From contig NC_042998.1 in assembly GCF_006345805.1 (NCBI RefSeq), positions 131,874,001 to 131,938,000 on the forward strand: a DNA stretch of 64,000 bases. The letters are read 5' to 3'. This DNA comes from Octopus sinensis (lineage: Eukaryota). The notes beneath the pieces were generated by a model, which was given only the letters and a program-made list of their open reading frames with translations, ran no database searches and was not told the origin of the DNA. Positions 1 to 12,642 of this stretch are shown here, piece by piece. A program made the translations under genes and the position numbers. Each line of letters starts with the position of its first letter. Positions within the stretch are counted from its first letter, which is position 1.

Positions 1-222
1 ACTCAGAACGTAAAGACTGGCGAAATACATATTTCTTTACTACCTACAATGGGCTAAACACAGAGAGGACAGACACACGGATTAAGTCGATTACATCGAC
101 CCCAGTGCGCAACTGGTACTTAATTTATCGACCCCGAAAGGATGAAAGGCAAAGTCGATCTCGCCGGAATTTGAACTCAGAACGTAGCGGCAGACGAAAT
201 ACCGCTAAGCATTTCGCCCGGC
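1..222 (-). mobile_element. tRNA-derived SINE family A, tandem head-truncated dimer (cut by window start)
   Basis: Reverse strand reads ...CGTTCTGAGTTCAAATTCC (B-box) GGCGAGATCGACTTTGCCTTTCATCCTTTCGGGGTCGATAAATTAAGTACCAG...; the same sequence recurs about 30 times in the window. Confidence 0.9.
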
Positions 223-793
223 ATTTCACCGATCGACGGTATCGATATTGTTATCGTGTCTTTTTAATACAGGCCACGCAATCTTTCTCTCCCCCCCCCC
301 CCCCCTTCGTCATCATCATCATCATCAACATCATCATCAGGGTCATGATCAGCTTCTTCGTCGTCATTGTTGCAGTAATTGATGTCATCTGCAGTTACGA
401 AATTGCCAATTAAAACCGCCCGTCTGCATAAATCAATGAGCAAAAGAAAAATACGATATGAAATAAATAAATAAATAAATAAATAAATAAATGCATAATC
501 AAACGTCATCCTTTGAGTGTCCTTGTAACCATTTCAGAAGTGCAGAATACCAGAATAGAATGAAAGTTGATAACTGATGAATCATTATTTATTTCTATGT
601 TATGTTCAGTTTGTGGAATAATGTGGAATGTGTATAGAAAATAGAGAGAGAGAGAGAGGAGAAGGAGGAAATAGAGGAAGGAGCGGGAAAGACAGAGAGA
701 GACACTAAAGGTAGGAAATGTATACAAGTTATTTATATATAATAGCAGAGGTTACCTGGAGCTACCAGGTTATTGTATCAAAAGGAGCATCAT

Positions 794-1050
794 TTAGCAA
801 TTCGCTGATTTTGATTTATTAATAGTAATGACTGTCATGGAAAAACTGACTTTTACAGGAAATTGAAGCCTTTTAAATTGAATTGGCAAATCACTTGGCT
901 TTCTGCAAATGAGAGAATAGATTCCAGCAAATTCTCTTAGAATGATTGTGACATAGAGGACATGGGGTATCATATTTTTGTAAGTGACTTTTATGCTATT
1001 CTGTAGTTTTGGAAGATCTTGATTACGGATTGATAGAGATCCAGTAGCTA
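794..1050 (-). mobile_element. Helitron Pif1-like helicase fragment (decayed)
   Basis: Translation RNQDLPKLQNS...IPHVLYVTII...[22 protein letters not shown]..TINKS matches the Helitron/Pif1 motif LRNLDPPKLCNG...[26 protein letters not shown]. Confidence 0.85.
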
Positions 1051-1754
1051 TTTCTACCAAGTCTACCTACTGCCTATTGGTTTCTCTTGTTCGACATGCA
1101 AATATATTTGCATAGCATACATAGGACAGTAAGGCATGTATGAAGAAAATTTAGGCATTGTTGCTATCAATTTTACATATCATGAAGAGGCTGTAACGGT
1201 GGCTCATATATAAATAAATATATATATATATATATTGTTTTTACGTTTTTGTATTCTTATTGGTGTATTCTTATTTTGTATTCTTATTTCGTTCCAGCAG
1301 TCGCCGAAGCAACACGTATGTGTTCGTCTCCCTGCGGCCATTAGGCACAACTTCATAAGCCAGCCCTAAACTCAACTCGTCCTGTCGAAAGACCCTTGTC
1401 CTACGTCCTGGTTTTGTTTTGTTTTTTATTTTTACCGTTATTGTTTTTACGTTTTTGTATTCTTATTGGTGTCACGTATTCTGTATTTTTGTTCGTGTAC
1501 TTCGTTCGTTTTCCGTCCTCGTGTTGTATACATTCGAAGCTTTCTTCCAGGGGATCTAATGCGCTTGGCTTAGATTTCCCTTGGCGGGCTGCCCAAATCG
1601 GAGCAATCTCAAGATTAATCAGCCGAAATTGCTAAGATGATCTGGTTCTCGACTGATGACTGAGGGCTTCGAATGTCCCGTCCTGTGGTTCTTGTGTCGT
1701 CTCTGTGGTGTTTCATGTTCTTGTCCATGTCTGTAATTATTTTTACTGTTTACC

Positions 1755-1813
<59 letters not shown>

Positions 1814-1814
1814 G

Positions 1815-2153
1815 AGGAGACCCCCTTCGGTCATGATTGACCATGGGATTGCACATAGAAAGTTGCCCTCCGAGGCACAAGTCCGGGTAAGGTTGTTTGT
1901 GGAAGGGCAGCAGTTGCCCGTGCATACTAGCCTCACCTCTCCACACCACTGATGTTATCCAAGGGAAAGGCAAAGGTCGATACAGCTTGGCACCAGTGAT
2001 GTCGCAACTGATTTCTACAGCTGAGTTAACTGGAGCAACAAGAAATAAAGTAAATAAAGTGTCTTGCTCAAGAACGCAACACCCAGGTCGGTCCGAGAAT
2101 CGAACACACAACCTCAAGATCGACGCTCTAGCCGCTGAGCCATGTGCCTTCAC
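1815..2153 (-). mobile_element. tRNA-derived SINE family C
   Basis: Minus strand tRNA-like head (GGCTCAGCGGCTAGAGCG...GGTTGTGTGTTCGATTC) followed by GAGCAAGACACTTTATT; near-identical organisation to the plus-strand copy at 49605-49920. Confidence 0.85.
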
Positions 2154-2248
2154 TATATATATATATATGCACACGCGAACGCACACACCACACACACACA
2201 TACACACACATACACACACACACACACCAACACCACACAACATATATA

Positions 2249-2282
<34 letters not shown>

Positions 2283-2284
2283 CT

Positions 2285-2351
<67 letters not shown>

Positions 2352-2353
<2 letters not shown>

Positions 2354-2742
2354 GAAAATAGGTTTTGATCTGGAGGGATATGCTTCAGTTTCTACCAGAA
2401 CTAGCTGGCGTATAGAGGCATCTCCTCGTTGGCTCATACATCTATGATACCAGAGTGTCATTTGAGGAAGATTGTGCTGCAATTTTTATCAGGTCTAGTG
2501 GAATAGTAGTGCTCTACTCGTTTCTATTCATGTATATTTAATACATATGATGCGATTGATGGGGAGAAGATGGTTGTTATTTCTATCCTTATTACATAAA
2601 ACAGACGGGTTCCCGCACTTTAAGGCGATCGTTTTATACTTTCTAAATAATAGCGACGAAAGGCACCAATTATTTGCACACACGTACATTTTCCCCACAC
2701 CTACCCATTTCGCATATATATATACACATACATATATATACA

Positions 2743-2799
<57 letters not shown>

Positions 2800-2821
2800 A
2801 TAATATATATATTATATATAT

Positions 2822-2866
<45 letters not shown>

Positions 2867-3249
2867 ATATATATAAGAAAATAGGTTTGATCTGGAGGGA
2901 TATGCTTCAGTTTCTACCAGAACTAGGGCGTATAGAGGCATCTCCTCGTTGGCTCATACATCTATGATACCAGAGTGTCATTTGAGGAAGATTGTGCTGC
3001 AATTTATATCAGGTCTAGTGGAATAGTAGTGCTCTACTCCGTTTCTATTCATGTATATTTAATACATATGATGCGATTGAGGAGGGAGAAGATGGTTGTT
3101 ATTTCTATCCGTTATTACATAAAACAGACGGGTTCCCGCACTTTAAGGCGATCGTTTTATACTTTCTAAATAAATAGCGACGAAAGGCACCAATTATTTG
3201 CACACACGTACATTTTCCCCACACCTACCCATTTCGCATATATATATAC

Positions 3250-3250
<1 letters not shown>
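2352..3250. repeat. Tandem duplication of a ~390-bp unique segment plus (TA)n spacer (period ~520 bp)
   Basis: 2352-2745 and 2875-3260 are nearly identical and differ mainly by 1-2 bp indels. Confidence 0.9.
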
Positions 3251-3296
<46 letters not shown>

Positions 3297-3599
3297 ATCA
3301 AAAATTAATATAAACAGCTAAGCACAATATAATTCCGTAAAAGAACAAAATTATCGTCACTAATTCTGACTAAGGGTTTCGAAGCACCTATATTTCAAAA
3401 ATAGAGTTAAAACCTCATAATGCTTTAGGAAACGCACAATATATGTACACTGACAGGGGAGATAACCGCTCCATGAGCATCGCAAGGATCAATAGACAAA
3501 CTAGTTGCGCCAATCAGTCTTACACAAGTACATTATTTATATGTGTCTGTGTATATGTATATGTGTGTGCTTGTATGCACGCATGTGTGAGTGCGCGTG

Positions 3600-4070
3600 C
3601 TCATGAGTGTATGTCGTTAAATTAATTAATCCAGCAGGCATTTGTAAGACGAAACATAACGATCGCCAAACACCGTGTATTTCAGAGTTCCTTACACTAT
3701 TGGATCGAGTGTGTTAGATCATACATTCATCGTAATTGTGAAGTTCTCCTCCCTTGACAAAACACTACAGCAATTAATATATTAACGTTCGAATCTGCCG
3801 CAAGGCCTTAAGGATAAATATGCAAGTCATTGTTGAGATTCTCGCTAACAAAAGTACAAGAGACGATCGCAATTAATATTAGTAGGTCGGCGCTCGTTGC
3901 AGAATGGAAAGAGTAAGCGTTATAACGTTTCCGACATTAATCCTTCTTCGGGAGTGACTGGGAAGAGAAGAGCGGAGATAAAAGAAGAAAAACGCACGTG
4001 ACTTCGGTTCGCAGGTTCGACTTCTGAATGCATACACAGTATTGACTTATAAGCCTTAAATATACTTGCT
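3600..4070 (-). mobile_element. Probable Penelope-like element 3' end relic with decayed hammerhead motif
   Basis: Minus strand CCCGAAGAAGGATTAATGTCGGAAACGTTATA (3960-3921), the typical PEEG..SETL pseudo-LTR signature. Confidence 0.4.
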
Positions 4071-4187
4071 GGTATATTATGATTGCATAATATACCACCA
4101 GCAATTAATATATGTATACACACACGAGCGTATACATATACACACACGTGTGTCTAAATGTACGTTTGTGTGAGTCTGTGTGTTTGC

Positions 4188-4228
<41 letters not shown>

Positions 4229-4293
4229 TATATGTGTATGTGTGTGTGTGTGTGTATATATATATGTGTGTGTATATATTATATATATATATA

Positions 4294-4338
<45 letters not shown>

Positions 4339-4347
4339 ATATATATA

Positions 4348-4389
<42 letters not shown>

Positions 4390-5954
4390 ATGCACATATG
4401 CCTTGGCTTTCTGTACACTTTGTGTGTACCGAAGTCAAAAAGTATACAACACTTGATGGTAACATGCAGTGGAATTGAACTCGAAACAATGTGGTTCGAA
4501 AGTGAACTTTTCAACCGCATTTCAGGCGCTGTGCTCATGTATGTTCATATTGTAGATAGAGAGATAGAGAGAGAGGGGGGAGTGAGAGAGAGATGATTTT
4601 GAGTTGGAGGAGAAAGGCTGCAGCGTCAGAGAGAAATATGTATGCGGTGGTAAAAAGGCAGAGAAAGGGGGGATAAGTTGTAATTCTATTTAACGGAGAG
4701 AGAAAGAGGGAGAGGAAGAGAAAAAGGGATCAGTAGAGAAATAAGAGACTGGTTAGGGAAATGAAAAGTAAGATGACACCTTAAATTTGATAGTTCCATT
4801 TCTACATATAGATTTGGAGGATCAGATGAAGGAAGTGCAAGTGTATGTTTGCTTGTGTATATGTGTAAGTATATCAGTGTGTGTGTGTGAGCGAGTATCT
4901 CTGGATACTTATATATGTGTGTGTGTGTGTGTAGCGAGTAACTTATGTGTTAACATAAGGTATTACTGCATTCGTGTGTGATTTTATGTATGAGTGGAGA
5001 ACTTCCTATTATGGATCAATTCATGCGATTATGCTTTCACCCGATCTTCTCATATAATCTCATATTATGCCAATAAGTGAAATTATTATCACACTTTTTT
5101 TTTAATTCTATTTTTATGCTTCTTACTATTGCTGTAGATGATGCAATTGTTTGTACTTTATATAGTATGCATTTTATTTTAACAATGTTGAACAGTAGGC
5201 AATTACTACTTGACCAATTTGCTGTATTACCGAGGGCTAGTATGTGCGCCAGCGGAGGATCTGTGCAACACTTGACGGACTAACTATAACGATGTGGTTG
5301 TGTTCGAAGCACTTCTCTATCGGTTTTCTCACCGAAGTACATATTTTTCGTCAGTAAACAAATACATGGACATGCATACGCACAGGGAGAAAAAAGGTGA
5401 GGGAGAGAAAGAAGAAGAGAAGGAAAAAGGGAGAGGTAGAAAGGAAGAGTGAGTAACTCAAAATTTCCTTTAGTTTCTAATACTGTCTAATCCATAGACA
5501 AGTGTATGCCGTATATTTTATGGATTCAAAATGTCTGCACATATGTTTAATACATAATCAATCGACATTTTCTACCAAGTGCTAAAATTGAAATCGTCAA
5601 GGAAGTTGTGGTTCCTTCGATTCTTTGCTTGCTCAAGGTCTGTAATTACGGACTTGTAAATATGATCGCGTAACTTAGCTCCTTAGAAAAAAGACAAAAG
5701 GATAACATCAGAGCTTCTAGGTGATAAAAAGAGTGGTGAATTTCTATTCCACCAATATCTTAGAAATTGTGCGTTAAGTAATTACTCAACTTTGAGCTCC
5801 CAGTGTAGAGTCGTATTTTCTTCTTGTGAACTAGTGCCAGATGGTATTTACTAGCCAGGCCAGCATGCTGCTTTAAATTGCTATAAAGTACTGGGAGTGC
5901 GGGCATGGCAAGCGGGATGTCGAAATACATCTTGTTTCTACATTTAGGCGCAGA

Positions 5955-6070
5955 AGTAGCTGTCTGAATAAGAAGCAAGCTTCGTAACCATGTGGCCTTG
6001 GGTTTTGTTCCACTGTATGGCATATTGTCTTCTTCTATAGTCCTGAGCCGACCAAAGCCTTGTAAGTGGA
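5955..6070 (+). mobile_element. SINE family B 5' fragment
   Basis: AACCATGTGG...TTCCACTG...CTATAGTCCTGAGCCGACCAAAGCCTTGTAAGTGGA matches the head of the copies at 8135 and 26063. Confidence 0.7.
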
Positions 6071-6084
6071 CATGTAATAACGAT

Positions 6085-6630
6085 AATAACACAAGATCAA
6101 AGCCTTCCCAGCAGGAATCACGTAATGAAAAGAAATGCAACTGCAGAATATGTGAAGACGAAGAAGAAACAATAAATCATATTGTCTCTGGCTGCCCAGA
6201 CACGACAGTGTTGGGACCTATATATACTGTAAGCTATACCAACATTATGGAATAACAACAGAAAACAGCTGGTATAGGTACACGCCAGAAAAGGTCACAG
6301 AAAGTGAGAAAGCAACCATACTGTGGGATATGTCAATGCACACAGACAGAGAAATTAAGGCCAATAGACTGGATATAGTTGTCAGAGACCAGCAAGGTAA
6401 AAATGCTTACTAATCGATGTATTGATACCAACAGATGACAATGTTTCTCAAAAAGAAATGGAGAAACTTTCAAAATACAAAGATCTAGGAATAGAAGTAA
6501 CTCGAATGTGGAGCACTAAGAACAGAAGCAATTCCTATCATAGTAGGTGCTTAGGTATGATTTAAAAAGCATTCAAACACAACAAATATACCAGGACTTA
6601 CAAGTATATATAATATACAGAAAATAAGGC
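6085..6630 (+). mobile_element. R4/Dong-like non-LTR retrotransposon 3' fragment (CCHC zinc knuckle plus restriction-like endonuclease), frameshifted
   Basis: Across frames: QDQSLPSRN..CRICEDEEETINHIVSGCP..PEKVTESEKATILWDMSMHTDREIKANRLDIVV..IDVLIPTDDNVS.KEMEKLSKYKDL.IEVTRMW..IPIIVGA.GMI..IQKI. Confidence 0.9.
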
Positions 6631-7953
6631 GTGCTAAGGTTTCTGCCAACTCCCTGCCTATCACGCGTATAGATATTTAAAAAGTCTTTCATACCACAAA
6701 TATGTAGTTTATAATGCGAAGAATTGTTATCTTAACCTAGAAGAAATTAAAATCACTCATTTAACAATATTACTTTTATGTCCTCAATGCATATTCATTT
6801 CTATTTAATATATTTAATTGTAGCTTACATTTTAATGAGAAATCTGTTCACGCTTTGAGAGTCTTCCGATATTAATAAAATCTATTTTTAGGTAATCTAT
6901 TAAGTGTATTTGTCATTACATTCTGATGCAATTGATTCCAGTTTGTGTTAGTCGTATTCTACAAACTTTAACTGTCAAGAGAGCTTTAAGAATCGTCTCA
7001 TAAGTGATTTGTGTCTAACTATGGCTTCCCTTTGACTGTTTCATTTCCAAGATATCGTCGTTTTATATCTTCGCCTTTCTTGAAGCCAATGCAGTGTGAT
7101 GTTGATATATTTTATCATTAGTTTCTGTTGCTCTGTTGTTCTTAGTACTACTACTAACGCCGATGTTCTTGTTGCTGTTGTTGCTGTCGTTCTTGTTGAT
7201 GGTTTTTTTGTGTGTTTTTTTTGTTTTTTTTTTTTTTTTTTGCTGTTTAACATTATTCCCGCTATGACTGAACAGATTTATCACCAAAACCGTTCAAACT
7301 CTGACCATCAGATATTTATTCGAGACAAAATGTATTTGAGACTACATAATCTAGTGTTTCTTCTTTCGTAAGTAGCGGGAGGCGATTTGGCTGATATTTC
7401 TAGCAGACTAAAAGATCTTGGAGGTATGTTCTTCTTGTGTGGTGAAAAGCATTGGATGGGTTGTTATTATATCGTTTAGCTCATTGATTCTCAACTAAAT
7501 TTTACCAATGTACCCTTTAGATTCTTATTTTACTCTACTGGACGTTCATAGTCCTTTGATGTATATAAAAAAAAAAAAAACTCTTACTGTATTTTTATTA
7601 TTAAACATTATTAGGAACTATATAGAAATTTGTGAATTGTAGAAATATCACCAGTTTATTGCACATAAATGTTAACAACAAAATCTTATGTGGACCACCA
7701 GGCGATCATATGAACCGCAGTTGAACCACTGGTTTAACTTACCATTTCTGTTGTCATCGCCACCGTTATCGCTGCTGTCGATGTTGTTTCATACAGTCAT
7801 TGATGAAGTCATCATTATTCTAAAGCCCTGATCCCTGACCAATGGATCCCTTTTGATTCCCATTTTACTAAACTGGGCTCCCACAGCCATTCGATGTTTA
7901 AAAAACCCCATTATATTTTTATGATTAAATATTTTATGATTATATATATATAC

Positions 7954-8027
<74 letters not shown>

Positions 8028-8042
8028 ATATAATATATATAC

Positions 8043-8134
<92 letters not shown>

Positions 8135-8137
<3 letters not shown>

Positions 8138-8515
8138 CCAGGACTGGTTGTGTGGTAAGTAACTTGCTCACCAACCACATTGTTCCTGGTTCAGTCCCAC
8201 AGCGTGGAACCTTGGGCAAGTGTCTTGTGCTATAGCCTTGGACTGACCAAAGCCTTGTGAATGGATTTGGTAGACGGAAACTGAAAGAAGCCTGCCATAT
8301 ATATATATGTGTGTGTGTATGTGTGTATATGTTTGTGTGTCTGTGTTTTCCCCCCAACATCGCTTGACTGGTGTATTTACGTGGCCGTAATCCAACGGTT
8401 CGGCAAAAGTGAACGATAGAATAAGTACTAGGCTTACAAAGAATAAGTCCTGGGGTCGATTTGTTCGACTAAAGGTGATGCTTCTATATGGCCGCAATCA
8501 AATGATTGAAAGGAT
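8135..8515 (+). mobile_element. tRNA-derived SINE family B, near full length, with internal microsatellite
   Basis: GTGTGGTAAGT..ACCAACCACATTGTTCCTGGTTCAGTCCCAC..CCTTGGGCAAGTGTCTT..GGATTTGGTAGACGGAAACTGAAAGAAGCC..(TA/TG)n..GAATAAGTACTAGGCTTACAAAG..GGCCGCAATCAAATGA. Confidence 0.9.
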
Positions 8516-8598
8516 AAAATAATGTGTGTGTTAAATAAAATAATACGGCAAAGCCAAGGCAGTGTGAAATTTCTAGGACATTTATGAAGAGAAAGGTA

Positions 8599-8646
8599 GT
8601 CTTACAGTTGTTTCAGGGATATGAGGGATGTCTCTTCATCAGAGAC
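8599..8646 (-). ncRNA. Decayed minimal type I hammerhead ribozyme motif
   Basis: GTCT-CTGATGA-AGAGACAT-CCCTC-ATATCCCT-GAAAC-AACT-GTA-AGAC; core intact, two mismatches in stem II. Confidence 0.6.
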
Positions 8647-8724
8647 GATATGAGCGAGTTAAATAGAGGGAAATAGTAGAGTTCAGTATAAGAAGTTATT
8701 TAGGAAAGGGAGAGATATAGGGAC

Positions 8725-8885
8725 GGGCTTCCTCTAGTTTCCGTCAACTAAATCCACTCGCAAGACTTTGGTCGCCGTGGAGCTATAGTAGAAAACACTT
8801 TGACCAAGGTGCCATGCAGTGAGACTGAACTCAGAACCATATGGCTGGGAAGCAAACTTCTTACCACACAGCTACACCTGTGCCT
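8725..8885 (-). mobile_element. SINE family B 5' half
   Basis: Reverse complement of the family B head and central region. Confidence 0.8.
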
Positions 8886-9104
8886 ATATAGTTTTGCTGA
8901 TAATCTTTCTTGTTATCGTTGTTGTTGTTGTCAGCTTCCATTGTATACATTCCAGCAGTGACCAACTCATCCTTTTCCGATGTAGAGCGAACTCAAAGTT
9001 ATGCTACCAGTATGACCTTCTCTAAGGTATAATTATAAGGAGATTTGACTGCTGTTTCTAACGGTATGGGAAACCACGTAGAAGCTTCCTCGCTGACTAG
9101 CAAC

Positions 9105-9125
9105 AGTGGTGGTGGTAGTGGTGGT

Positions 9126-9160
<35 letters not shown>

Positions 9161-9594
9161 TGGTGGTGGTGGTGGCGGTGTGGCGGCGGCGGCGGCGGCG
9201 GTGGTGGTGGTGGTGGCGGTGGTGGTAGGGGTGCGATTGGAGTGGTTTCTAGAGGTTTTCAATGTTGGTTCTTCATTGCTGTAGTTGATATATTTTTTTT
9301 TTCCTTGTAATAGTTTCTGTACTCGTCAGCTAAAATTTATAAAGTTTACCGTTATTTCTTTGCCTGTTTGTTAGGTTGTTGTTGTTGTGTTGTTGTTGTT
9401 GTTGTTACTGCTGCTGTTGCTGCTGCTGCTGCCACTGCATATGCATATTGACAGACTGACAAGAAAGTCAAACAGCCATGCAAGGCAACATTCCGATGCC
9501 AATCTAAGAGTCAGTCAAGCTGACAGAACAATCACAAATACAACTGCTTTCCATTTAGCCAAGTATTTAATAATAATAATAACAATTATTATTA

Positions 9595-9668
<74 letters not shown>

Positions 9669-9715
9669 GTATTTTATCATTATTATTATTATTATTATAT
9701 ATTATTATCATATTA

Positions 9716-9767
<52 letters not shown>

Positions 9768-9770
9768 TCT
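9105..9770. repeat. Trinucleotide microsatellite cluster: (GGT/GGC)n, (GTT/GCT)n, (ATT)n
   Basis: Directly visible at 9105-9230, 9375-9435 and 9570-9770; explains the poly-P/G/L/I ORFs. Confidence 0.95.
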
Positions 9771-10499
9771 TTAATATCAATAAGACAATATAAAATAACA
9801 CTCGAACGCTATTTGTTCCCCCATCTTTCAGTGTTTCAGAAACGTTACGGTGTGACTATGATCTGTGAGAAGAGATATGAGTGGTTAAATGGGAACATAG
9901 AATAGCGGTAGACAAATGTATAAACATATCAATCAAGCTGTCTTTCTCACATGTGTGTGTGAGTGTGTATGTGAGTGAATGTGTGTGAGTGTGTATGTGA
10001 GTATGTGTGTGAGTGAGTGTGTGTGCTCGCGTATCTGTGTGTGTGTATGCATGCGCATGTATGTACGTGTATTACCAAAAAGTGCTAAACAAATATTGAT
10101 AATATAGATTATTAATTATTTGGAGCTGCAATATGAAACTCCTTGTACAGAGTGAAAGAATAGACACTAACAGCCAACGTCTTATATAAATATATTACAA
10201 AGTTAATAAGTATCATCTTACCTCTGAGCAAAGGTACATAATGTGGACTACATCTCAGGTAAAAGAAGCAGAATTCCTCTGTGGGCAGTCGTATAATTTT
10301 ATCTCTCATACGTGGGAATTTATTTGAATATTAAACCTGGAGTTACGGCAGCAAATGGATTTTATACATAACTCTGAAGAGTTAACACTCGATTATATCA
10401 GTATAATGATACCACAGAAATTTATTGTCGCATGTAAATGACGTACTCACTCCACTCTTCTTGTGAATGATTATATTTATACATGTACTTATTTGTGCT

Positions 10500-12420
10500 C
10501 ATACTTGTGGCGGCATTCACTCGGGATGGGTTGAACAGGTTCCAATCCAACGAGTTCACCCTGTCCTTCACGAATGCTGACCACATCCGATGGTCGGCCG
10601 AAGTTGAGGCTGTGAAGGGTGCCCACTCAAGATTCCACTACCGAAGACCATAGACTTGGAGGCCTGATTGTGCTTCCATGTCCACCTTTATCGTCGCCAG
10701 CCTCGTCTTCAGTTGTTCTCATCTCATTTATGCCGACCTGTTGACCGTCTTGCGAATGACTTCGCCTGGAGGCTGACCGAGAGTTGGACATTTTGTGAGT
10801 AGAGCTTGTTGCAGAGCGTTGATGTAGCAGCGTTGTAGTATATCGAGGTTCAAAATGAAGTCCAATGAGTGAAAACGCAGAATTCGACGTAGGCAGTAGA
10901 GGTCAAAGACTTCGAGTTTTCAGATTTGCAGCTCTCACTGACTAGGATTTGCACTTATATTAAATGATGGTCAGAATGAGTACTTGGAAAATATGTAATT
11001 TAGTGTGAATTCTAATCTCCGGTCACGACCAAAGGCGACAGAAGTGAAACAAGTACTGTTGATGCATAAATCATTCTCATCTTTTCCCTGTCGGGTTGCC
11101 TTTAATGTAAGTCCGAGGTAGGTGAAGTACTCGACTTCTTCAAGGGTTTCACCATTGAGAACTATTGGCAACTTTTCCGAGGATGCGATCTTGAGAACAA
11201 GAAGAGTGGAGTGAGTACGTCATTTACATGCGACAATAAATTTCTGTGGTATCATTATACTGATATAATCGGCATAAACGAGTTGGAGGACAACTGATGC
11301 TGTTGATAGCAGCTTAGAGGACAGCATAGTTGTCCCCCACTATATGATCGCTATATAGTCAGCGAAGTCAAGGTCGGTGAGGACCAAGTTAGGTCCCAAG
11401 GTAACACCTAGAAACTCTGCCAGCGCATGTTTTGTGATCTAGGGTTGAAGATAACGCACAACTTTGTCGAACCAAGGAACGAACATCGAAAAACGGTGAT
11501 TCTTTACTATATAACCCGATCTTTGTTTGTATCGTATGGTTGCAACTTTCAGCAAGTTCAGAAATTTTGGTGGAAAACCATCTACAGTCGTTACTTCTCA
11601 CGGCGTACAACAGGCAACTAAGTCAAATACCGCCACAAAATCGACGACGCAGATGACGGTCAGTTGCTGACAGCACAACCTGTGGCGGTAGGGTCCTTCT
11701 TAATGTGAAGATCTGATCCGTACAGCCACGACCGGGACGAACGCCGGATTGGTTAGAACGTGTGCGTTGGTCTCGCTCCAGCTGGAATCTGCGCATCAGT
11801 ACTAAAATCAATATCAACCAGGCTGATACTTCTGTAGTTTTTGCCGCAGTGTCTCTACCCTTTCTTGAAGAATGAAAGAAAAACCGCGTCTCTTCAGTTT
11901 AGGGGAAGTGATTCAGGGTCCCAGATGTGCTTAATTATTTGGTGCAGCCACAGAGTGAGAACTTCTTGGGAGTACTTGAAGATCTCCTCTGGGACTCTAT
12001 CTTCGCCAGCAAATTTATTGTTTTGCCAGCTTAGACTCACAGCACGCAGTTCCTCAATGTTTGGTGCATCAGTGTCGCGAAGGACTGATCAGTTACAGGT
12101 CAACGATAGGTACAGAAGACTGTTAAGATCTAAGATCGTTTCACCTTGCCTGTTGAGGACCGTATGGTTGGTCAACACATGGAACTTAGCAGCCGAATTG
12201 AACTGCATAAAGAGCTTTCGCGAATCGCCAACCAATGCAGCTCGCTTCATATCCGTAACAAAAGCATTCTGATCTTGCCGCGTGGAGCAAATAGTCAGTC
12301 TTCTGAGGCGGTGGTAGCCATCAGAGCCATTATTGCGAGCTTGCTTGATTTACTCCGCCAGTTCTATTGTAGCACCCGAAATCCGTTCTTTGCACCGAGG
12401 TTTGGTAACGCCTTGATGTT
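10500..12420 (-). mobile_element. RTE-clade LINE, 5'-truncated and degenerate (RT domain to 3' end)
   Basis: Minus-strand fragments: NQSGVRPGRGCTDQIFTLRR; FDVRSLVRQSCALS; LGVTLGPNLVLTDLDFADYIA (FADD region); PIVLNGETLEEVEYFTYLG. Confidence 0.9.
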
Positions 12421-12642
12421 CGTGGAAGTGTATTAGTATAATGTGCATGTACGTGTATGCATATATTAATGTGTGTGCGTGTGTATACATACATGTGTGT
12501 GCATACTGCATATATGTAAATTCATAAATGTGGGAGTTTGTGTGTATGTGTCTGTGTGTATGAGTATGTGTATGTATATTTATATATGTATGCATGTATG
12601 CGTATATGTCTGTCTTTTGTTTGTATGGCATGTATGCATGTA

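Noticed and set aside
1650-1690. CTGATGA...CGAA as a hammerhead
   Set aside because: No GAAA or stem II, and the CTGAT is sequestered in another stem.
5760-6140. 126-aa minus-strand ORF as a 5'-inverted LINE piece
   Set aside because: Much of it is the antisense of a SINE B head; no convincing RT motif.
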